In this document: positions 47,624 through 53,564 of the stretch, one piece after another | How the letters are laid out: each line of letters opens with the position of its first letter | Position numbering within the stretch: position 1 is the first letter of the stretch | Origin: an uncultured Patescibacteria group bacterium | GTDB lineage: Bacteria > Patescibacteriota > Patescibacteriia > Veblenbacterales > UBA10138 | NCBI GenBank assembly: GCA_937929825.1 | Contig: CALFUV010000007.1 | Coordinates: 1-53,564 of the forward strand | DNA length: 53,564 nt | Direction: 5' to 3' | Position numbers and translations under genes: made by a program | Notes under the pieces: generated by a model | Databases searched by the model: none | What the model was told of the DNA's origin: nothing | The model's input: only the letters and a program-made list of their open reading frames with translations

Positions 47624-49858
47624 TTATTTAAATGTACCAACATTTAAACCGCCTCGGAAACTTTGATCACCTACAAAAAACTGGGATTTAACCTGACCTT
47701 TATTGTTAAAAACCCGTAAATGAGGCCCGCCGCCTAAACCGGGAGTAGTAACAAGCTCAGCCAAACCATCGCCATCCAAATCCCCCACGGCCACATTCAC
47801 TCCACCGCGAAAACGTGAATCATAAGCAAAAAACTGCTGTAATAATTTACCATCGCTATTGAATATTCTAACTTGCGGCCCGCCGCCGCTACCAGCGCCA
47901 ACTACTATTTCAGCTTTACCATCACCATTCATATCCCCCACGGCCACATTCACTCCGCCGCGAAAAGTAAAAGGATAAGCAGAAAACTCGCGACGTAAAT
48001 TACCGACGCGTTCAAAAACACGCAAAGGTAAACGCGCGCCACCAGAAGGTGTTACTATTACTTCATTGTAACCATCGCCATCCAAATCACCCACGGCCAC
48101 ATTTATACCACCGGTATAATTAGCCTCATAAGGTACAAACTGATGTAATCGATGGCCTTCTACATTAAAAACACCTACCATATTAGCACCCCCCGGCCCA
48201 ACACCTAAAACTATATCAGCTAAACCATCGCCTGTTATATCACCAATAGCTAAACTCAATCCGCCGCGGAAGCTTTCTGGGAAAGCCATGAATTGATATT
48301 TTAACTGGCCTTGTAATGTCCAGATTCTTATATGCGGCCCGCCGCCCTGACGTGGCGCTGTTATAATTTCTATTTGTCCATCACCGTCCACATCACCAGC
48401 CGCCACATTTACACCGCGTAAGAATTTAGGATCGTAAGCTAAAAATTTTTGCATTAACTCACCGGAAATATCATAAGTTGAAATATTAGCTGACGCATTG
48501 GAAAAAGGCGCTAGAAGCACCGGGCTTCTACGGGGAAACTTAGTGCTGTTAGCCAATTCAAAGGCTGAACGCAAATTTAAACGCCGGCCAATTTGTCCGC
48601 GATGCTCTGGTAAATTTTTGGCATCAATAAGATCACCGGAAGCTAATAAAATATCGCGTAATTGTGATGGTGATAAAATAGGGTAAGCGGATTTAAGCAG
48701 CGCCAAAGCGCCCGAGACCATCGGCGCGGCTACTGATGTGCCGCTCCAATAACCACCATAAAGCTTATTTAATTTAGGTTCCGATGAGAAAACAAATTGT
48801 GTACTAAAAATACCGGTACCGGGCGCTGAAATATCAATGCAACGTGAACCATAATTGGAAAATTCAGCCAGCTTATCGGCGCTATCCACCGCCGCTACGC
48901 CAATCACAAAATTTTCACCATTAAAACCCTGCTCACAAACAGGATATTGCGGCACACGATTTAAATTAACGGCTAAAGATTCTTCATTACCAGCGGCCGC
49001 CACCACCAAAATACCAGCCGAGTATGCTCGCTTAATTGCATCATCTAACACCGGATCAGATAATGATCCAACAAAGGAAAGATTAATAATATCTGCTCGG
49101 TTACGAATAGCATAATCAATCCCCCGCGCCACAGTAACGGTATCGCCTACACCCTTGCTGTCTAAAACTCGCACCGGCATAATGCGAGCTCGCCAAGAAA
49201 TACCAGCCACACCTTGTCCGTTATTGCCCACAGCCGCCGCCACACCGGCTACAATGGTACCGTGTTGAACAGCCAACTCTGTCCAACCATCTTCCAATTT
49301 AGGCGTACCACCGGGCACGTTGCGCACAAAATCCCAGCCATACTGATCATCTATATAACCATTATCATCATTATCAAGGCCGTCTCCAGGAACTTCCCAA
49401 GGATTAAACCAAATATTAGCCGCTAAATCAGGATGATTAATATCCACTCCTGTATCCAAAACGGCTATCACCGGACGAAGATTACTAGTTATTACCTTAT
49501 CCCAAGCTAATGGCGTTTGAATTTGCTCTAAATACTGTCGCTGTTCAGAATAATACGGATCATTAGGAACTAAAGATAAAGTGTATTCTCTAACAGGTGA
49601 TACCAAGCGTATTCCCGGTTGTAAGTTCAAATATTCAAAAACTTGTCCTGAATTCAGCCGACTACTACAGTTGTAACGGGATATTTCACCGCTCTGCCAT
49701 ACGGCCGCGTAAGAACAATTATTTTCTTTTTCTGTAACCGGCTCTAAAGTTAAGACTGACGCTGTCAACCCGGTAGCAGACGTTAACCATACTAAATAAC
49801 CCGAGATTATTCCCGGGATTAAAACAAGGGTTAACTTAGAAATAATAAATCTTCTCAT
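47624..49858 (-). CDS. Secreted S8 subtilase with C-terminal FG-GAP/VCBS-like repeats
   Basis: Triad LDTG / HGT / GTS, AAAGN oxyanion motif; five GD(V/I/L/M)xGDG repeats with GG(P)xxRxF. Confidence 0.93.
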   Translation of the reverse strand: MRRFIISKLTLVLIPGIISGYLVWLTSATGLTASVLTLEPVTEKENNCSYAAVWQSGEISRYNCSSRLNSGQVFEYLNLQPGIRLVSPVREYTLSLVPNDPYYSEQRQYLEQIQTPLAWDKVITSNLRPVIAVLDTGVDINHPDLAANIWFNPWEVPGDGLDNDDNGYIDDQYGWDFVRNVPGGTPKLEDGWTELAVQHGTIVAGVAAAVGNNGQGVAGISWRARIMPVRVLDSKGVGDTVTVARGIDYAIRNRADIINLSFVGSLSDPVLDDAIKRAYSAGILVVAAAGNEESLAVNLNRVPQYPVCEQGFNGENFVIGVAAVDSADKLAEFSNYGSRCIDISAPGTGIFSTQFVFSSEPKLNKLYGGYWSGTSVAAPMVSGALALLKSAYPILSPSQLRDILLASGDLIDAKNLPEHRGQIGRRLNLRSAFELANSTKFPRRSPVLLAPFSNASANISTYDISGELMQKFLAYDPKFLRGVNVAAGDVDGDGQIEIITAPRQGGGPHIRIWTLQGQLKYQFMAFPESFRGGLSLAIGDITGDGLADIVLGVGPGGANMVGVFNVEGHRLHQFVPYEANYTGGINVAVGDLDGDGYNEVIVTPSGGARLPLRVFERVGNLRREFSAYPFTFRGGVNVAVGDMNGDGKAEIVVGAGSGGGPQVRIFNSDGKLLQQFFAYDSRFRGGVNVAVGDLDGDGLAELVTTPGLGGGPHLRVFNNKGQVKSQFFVGDQSFRGGLNVGTFK
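47765..48103. repeat. Near-identical DNA repeats inside FG-GAP blades
   Basis: 47765-47797 vs 48071-48103 (33 nt, 1 mismatch); 47780-47813 vs 47933-47966 (34 nt, 1 mismatch). Confidence 0.85.
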
Positions 49859-49967
49859 TGCTAAATTACTATACCAAAAAAGGCTAGTTTTGTGAATTAT
49901 AACTTAAACTATTACTAATATTTATCTTAATACTGCTTCAAGCGGCTTTTATTTGACAATTTTATAT

Positions 49968-51998
49968 TTACGGCGCTAACGTAAACTGATTTACCTTACG
50001 CCAATCAATTTCATTAATGACAACTATTTTATCATCACCAATAATATACATATAGTCATTAAGGTAAAGGGCTCGTTTGGCAATAATATCTGAAACGACC
50101 ATAGTTAATTTAAGATCATCAGACTTATAATTAAAAATATAACCTCCACGGGAACCCGGAACAAAAACAACGCCATGTTTGCTATCATGCAAAAAGGCAT
50201 GATGCGTTTGTGATATTTCAGACCAATAATCATCAAGTAAATATTTAGCTACTTCAAGTGGATTGGCAGAATCTGAAACATCAAACAAAGAAAGTTTAAC
50301 CTGATTACCCTCCTGCCCCACACCCAAGATGCGATTATCGGCTACCTGATGCAAATAAGAAGAAAAGCCCGGAATTTTAAGTTCACCGGTCATTTGGGGA
50401 GCGTACGGATTTGATAAATCCAGCACATAAAAAGGATCAACTTGCCTAAAAGTTACCACATAACCGCGATTACCTATAAAACGCACTGAATAAATGCGTT
50501 CAGTTTTACCCAAATCTTTAACTACGCCAACCTGCACCATATTGGAGTCCAGTACATAAACATCACTGGCACCGAGGTCTTGTGAAAAAAACCAATTATT
50601 GCCAAAAGTAGTAGCTACACGCAAATAACCCTCATATTCATCCAGTGAAAACTGATTTAGTAAAGAGCCCGGCACAACGCCGGTAGCTATTACCGCCAAA
50701 TCACTGACTCTAATTTTTACCAGACCAGTACGCTCAAAATCACGTTGTCTGGTTTCTATATAACCCGATATCTTGTTTTGCATTTCATTTTCAAATTTTA
50801 ATAGTTCATCTTTACTAAGTGAACGTTTATAACGCTCTAATAATTGATAAAATTCGTTAATTTTTGAATCTTGAGAAATATCGTAAGTTCGTAATTTAAT
50901 TAAACTTTCCCTAAGCCAGCTGGGCAGTAAATCAGGTTTTTCAGTAACTGCACCAATTATAAGATCCGCTATATCGCCGGGGTATGAATAACTTATGTAA
51001 ATATTATCCGGAAACATAGCCACTACTGAAGAACCAGCGGACCCTAAAAAGGCTAGGCTTTTTTCAAGCCTGCCATTTTCCGGATTAAAAGACATTACGC
51101 TAAAAGTGCTGTCTGCTGGAATTACCTGTACCGGCCGATAGACTGAAGAACAGGGCACAGATACTGTTTCTTCATTAACTATAAATGGTTTCATAGGACA
51201 GGGTTTTTCTGTATCAGCATAAGCTCGGGTAACCACATAAATTTTTTCATTCATCAGGCGGGCGGCTACCAAACTATTATTGTCGTTATATTTAATTTCC
51301 CAAGCTTTAACCGGTGAGGCTGGTGTATTTATATCGTAAGCGGCAATTTTATCATGAGCAAAAACTACTAAAATTTTATTAACCAATAACATTTCGCCTT
51401 GCGTATCAATTTTGCCAATCTGTGCTAATTGCTCCGGCGGCCAAGCCTTCACTACTTTTAAAGTGCCAGATATAAAAGGAGGTACAATATCAATCTCCGG
51501 CCTTAAAAGACCGCGCCAAGGGTAATAATAATTTGATTGCGACAAGAAAATATTCTTGCCGTCTGTTTTCACAATATCCGGCTCATCTATACCAGCTACC
51601 TGTACATTAGTTTCAGATATTCTTTCTGGTCCAGCTAAACCAATATCCTCAGCTTGTTTAGTATTAAAGGCGTCCAGACCCAAATTACTTAAATCACCTC
51701 TTTCTTGTATAGCTCTGGTGGGCATCATCATACCATAATTAAACGAGCTAAATTTTTGGTTTGATTGGGCTATATAATCTCTGTACTCATCGGGAGAAGA
51801 AAACGCTAATACTTTGGTATCAATACTGCCTAAAGAGATTGGGGATTGTTTTTTAATTATTTTATAAGACTGATAACTGGTTATCTTGCCAGGTGAAGTA
51901 AAATCCATTACGGCAATACCTAATACAACTAACACAAGGCCAATACTAATTAGGCTTACGGTTACCAAAACCGCTCGCGGGTCAAAATATTGTTTCAT
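49968..51998 (-). CDS. Membrane-anchored beta-propeller domain protein (Beta_propel family)
   Basis: SETNVQVAGIDEPDIVKTDG, LNQFSLDEY.GYLRVATT, ERIYSVRF, VVTFRQVDP, GELKIPGFSSYLH. Confidence 0.9.
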   Translation of the reverse strand: MKQYFDPRAVLVTVSLISIGLVLVVLGIAVMDFTSPGKITSYQSYKIIKKQSPISLGSIDTKVLAFSSPDEYRDYIAQSNQKFSSFNYGMMMPTRAIQERGDLSNLGLDAFNTKQAEDIGLAGPERISETNVQVAGIDEPDIVKTDGKNIFLSQSNYYYPWRGLLRPEIDIVPPFISGTLKVVKAWPPEQLAQIGKIDTQGEMLLVNKILVVFAHDKIAAYDINTPASPVKAWEIKYNDNNSLVAARLMNEKIYVVTRAYADTEKPCPMKPFIVNEETVSVPCSSVYRPVQVIPADSTFSVMSFNPENGRLEKSLAFLGSAGSSVVAMFPDNIYISYSYPGDIADLIIGAVTEKPDLLPSWLRESLIKLRTYDISQDSKINEFYQLLERYKRSLSKDELLKFENEMQNKISGYIETRQRDFERTGLVKIRVSDLAVIATGVVPGSLLNQFSLDEYEGYLRVATTFGNNWFFSQDLGASDVYVLDSNMVQVGVVKDLGKTERIYSVRFIGNRGYVVTFRQVDPFYVLDLSNPYAPQMTGELKIPGFSSYLHQVADNRILGVGQEGNQVKLSLFDVSDSANPLEVAKYLLDDYWSEISQTHHAFLHDSKHGVVFVPGSRGGYIFNYKSDDLKLTMVVSDIIAKRALYLNDYMYIIGDDKIVVINEIDWRKVNQFTLAP

Positions 51999-52215
51999 AT
52001 AATAAATTTAAATAATAAAATAACTCACCTGTATTATATAACGAATAGACCACTATTGTGTAACCTTGGGGATATTTTCTTACTTTATGTAACTTTTTTA
52101 TTAGCTGGCAAAATTATAAATATTCTACTGCTATAGATAAAAAATTTTTTGATAATTAAATGGTACATCCATAAAATTTCAACGGCCACCAACATTAACC
52201 CGTAAGCGAGATTGG

Positions 52216-52266
52216 CATCATCATACTCATGACCGGCAAATTTGCGCTGTTCGCTGAAAGTACCTG
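52216..52266 (-). repeat. Exact 51-bp direct repeat of the Rhs core (orphan Rhs remnant); other copy at 53464-53514
   Basis: CATCATCATACTCATGACCGGCAAATTTGCGCTGTTCGCTGAAAGTACCTG identical at both sites; encodes GTFSEQRKFAGHEYDD. Confidence 0.97.
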
Positions 52267-52332
52267 TTATTAACTCAAAATGATTTTGGACACAATTTAT
52301 ATATTATATAGTTTAAAAAGCTACACAATACT

Positions 52333-52632
52333 TCATCTTATAAATAATTTATAGATAATAAAAGGTGGAAGCATAAGAAAAATACCAAACATTAGTCCAA
52401 CAAAACCAAAAATCTTACTCAAATTTAAGTTGCTTTTGTAGAATACTTTTATTCCATAAATCACCATTATAATACTCAGAGGTAAACGAATTAATAGATA
52501 CTTTATTATTTCGCCCATTTCAGACCAATACATAAACATATTTACAGTAACAATTATGCCTATCAATACTAAATAGATAAGGCCCATTAAATTTTTATCC
52601 TGTTTAATTGTTTGTAACTTTGCATTTACCAT
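52333..52632 (-). CDS. Putative Rhs immunity protein (3-TM membrane protein)
   Basis: Starts 7 nt after the Rhs stop; 99 aa, hydrophobic; canonical toxin-immunity position. Confidence 0.65.
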   Translation of the reverse strand: MVNAKLQTIKQDKNLMGLIYLVLIGIIVTVNMFMYWSEMGEIIKYLLIRLPLSIIMVIYGIKVFYKSNLNLSKIFGFVGLMFGIFLMLPPFIIYKLFIR

Positions 52633-52639
52633 ATAGTTA

Positions 52640-53564
52640 TTACTTTTTAATATTCGGCTGAATATACTTATCCCAAACTTGTGACTTTGACCAAATTTTT
52701 GTATGAGCGCCCCACATAGTACCTATGGTATTACGAGAAGCGTCAATATTCTTTGCACTATTTATCCAAAAACCGGCTAGACCAAATTCCCCAAAACCAA
52801 TAAATTCTCCAACTTTTCTACCCTTCTCGCCAAATATGTTCCCTATCCACTCAGTAACTGACATTTGACCTCCACCAAATACTTGTACGGCATCATAATT
52901 GCTGTAGATATTAATATGATTCTTTATGATGGCCGTATTGGGCTGATAATCATCTCTAACAGGGACAGCTAGCGTTACTAAATTATCAATTGATCTTTCA
53001 ATTTTTTGTGATGCCTCAAATGTTATATTACCTCCATGACTGTGGGTAACAATATTTAACTTCTCGTCATCGGCAAACTTATAATTATTAACAAGATTAA
53101 CTAATCTGCCCGCTGCTTCTGTGCGAGCCCATCTATTATCATTACCTGACCAATTAAATATGAAAGTGTTTTTATCTTGAAATGTATCTTGCAAACTTTG
53201 GCCAAGATGTGAGTTTTGAACAGTATTATAATTATAATTCGTACCGGGAATATACAAGGTCAACATCCCACTCGGATCAATGGCGTTAAGAGGGTTGTTT
53301 AGGGTGTAGGCATAAGTATTCCAGTTTTGGGGATTGCTGATGATTTGCATAAATTTATTAGGATTAGTGGTTTGAAAACCGACTATTTCCAATGGATCTT
53401 GGGAAATGAATCTACCCATAGCTCCATCATAATATCTGGCGTTCATATAAATTAGACTGGTATCATCATCATACTCATGACCGGCAAATTTGCGCTGTTC
53501 GCTGAAAGTACCTGCTTTTTCATCCAGCCTGATAGAGCCAAAAGGGTAATAATCAATTAGTTCT
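52640..53564 (-). CDS. Rhs-core polymorphic toxin, 5'-truncated by the window edge, with C-terminal alpha/beta-hydrolase (lipase-like) domain
   Basis: Frame is open to 53564: DYYPFG...RKFAGHEYD...YMNARYYD...GRFISQDP...NTYAYTLNNPLNAIDPSG, then a C-terminal domain with THSHGG nucleophile elbow. Confidence 0.92.
   Translation of the reverse strand, partial: ELIDYYPFGSIRLDEKAGTFSEQRKFAGHEYDDDTSLIYMNARYYDGAMGRFISQDPLEIVGFQTTNPNKFMQIISNPQNWNTYAYTLNNPLNAIDPSGMLTLYIPGTNYNYNTVQNSHLGQSLQDTFQDKNTFIFNWSGNDNRWARTEAAGRLVNLVNNYKFADDEKLNIVTHSHGGNITFEASQKIERSIDNLVTLAVPVRDDYQPNTAIIKNHINIYSNYDAVQVFGGGQMSVTEWIGNIFGEKGRKVGEFIGFGEFGLAGFWINSAKNIDASRNTIGTMWGAHTKIWSKSQVWDKYIQPNIKK

Noticed and set aside
3891-51738. 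Short ORFs nested in or antisense to well-supported genes (3891, 5105, 10744, 13464, 15894, 16474, 18621, 24342, 32391, 32654, 33191, 35593, 43151, 43903, 44527, 48498, 48855, 49214, 51556)
   Set aside because: They overlap conserved genes on the other strand and show no recognisable motifs.
52216-53514. Repeat pair as a diversity-generating retroelement TR/VR or CRISPR repeat
   Set aside because: The copies are identical with no adenine-specific mismatches, there are only two, they are 1.25 kb apart, they encode Rhs core, and no reverse transcriptase or cas gene is present.
1-53564. Alternative genetic code (UGA=Gly, code 25) as in Gracilibacteria/Absconditabacteria
   Set aside because: All conserved genes are full length under code 11, and TGA ends several ORFs (e.g. 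mraY, 52333..52632).

Overview
AT-rich bacterial chromosomal window, read with the standard code 11. The gene content and compact layout point to a Patescibacteria/CPR (Parcubacteria-like) genome; this is an inference. From left to right it holds: a cytidylyltransferase, secA, a fold-III (arginine) decarboxylase coupled to hpf, and a dcw cluster (murB | murC-murG-ftsW-murD-mraY). A divergently transcribed type IV pilus operon follows (pilB, pilC, four pilin-like genes, pilM/N/O), then rpmA, pyrG, rplI, a CtpA-like protease and murA. Next is a ~17-kb surface-glycan region with rmlA/rmlD/FdtA-like cupin/rmlB, two GT-C-like membrane proteins, GT4/GT2 enzymes, a DPM1-like GT2 + DUF2304 pair, two SDRs and GtrA. 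The window ends with a subtilase carrying FG-GAP repeats, a beta-propeller protein and the 3' end of an Rhs polymorphic toxin with an immunity candidate. Four observations stand out. (1) An opposite-strand two-gene islet sits between murB and murC, driven by a consensus sigma70 promoter and preceded by a ~330-nt densely base-paired RNA with crossing/alternative helices that I cannot assign to a known family. (2) The Rhs lipase-like toxin/immunity pair is followed by an exact 51-bp copy of its own Rhs core, a likely orphan-cassette scar. (3) An ahcY pseudogene has collapsed to its N- and C-termini. (4) Several nucleotide-sugar enzymes have altered catalytic motifs. I saw no tRNA, rRNA, CRISPR array or transposase. 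All structure calls were made by eye, not computed.
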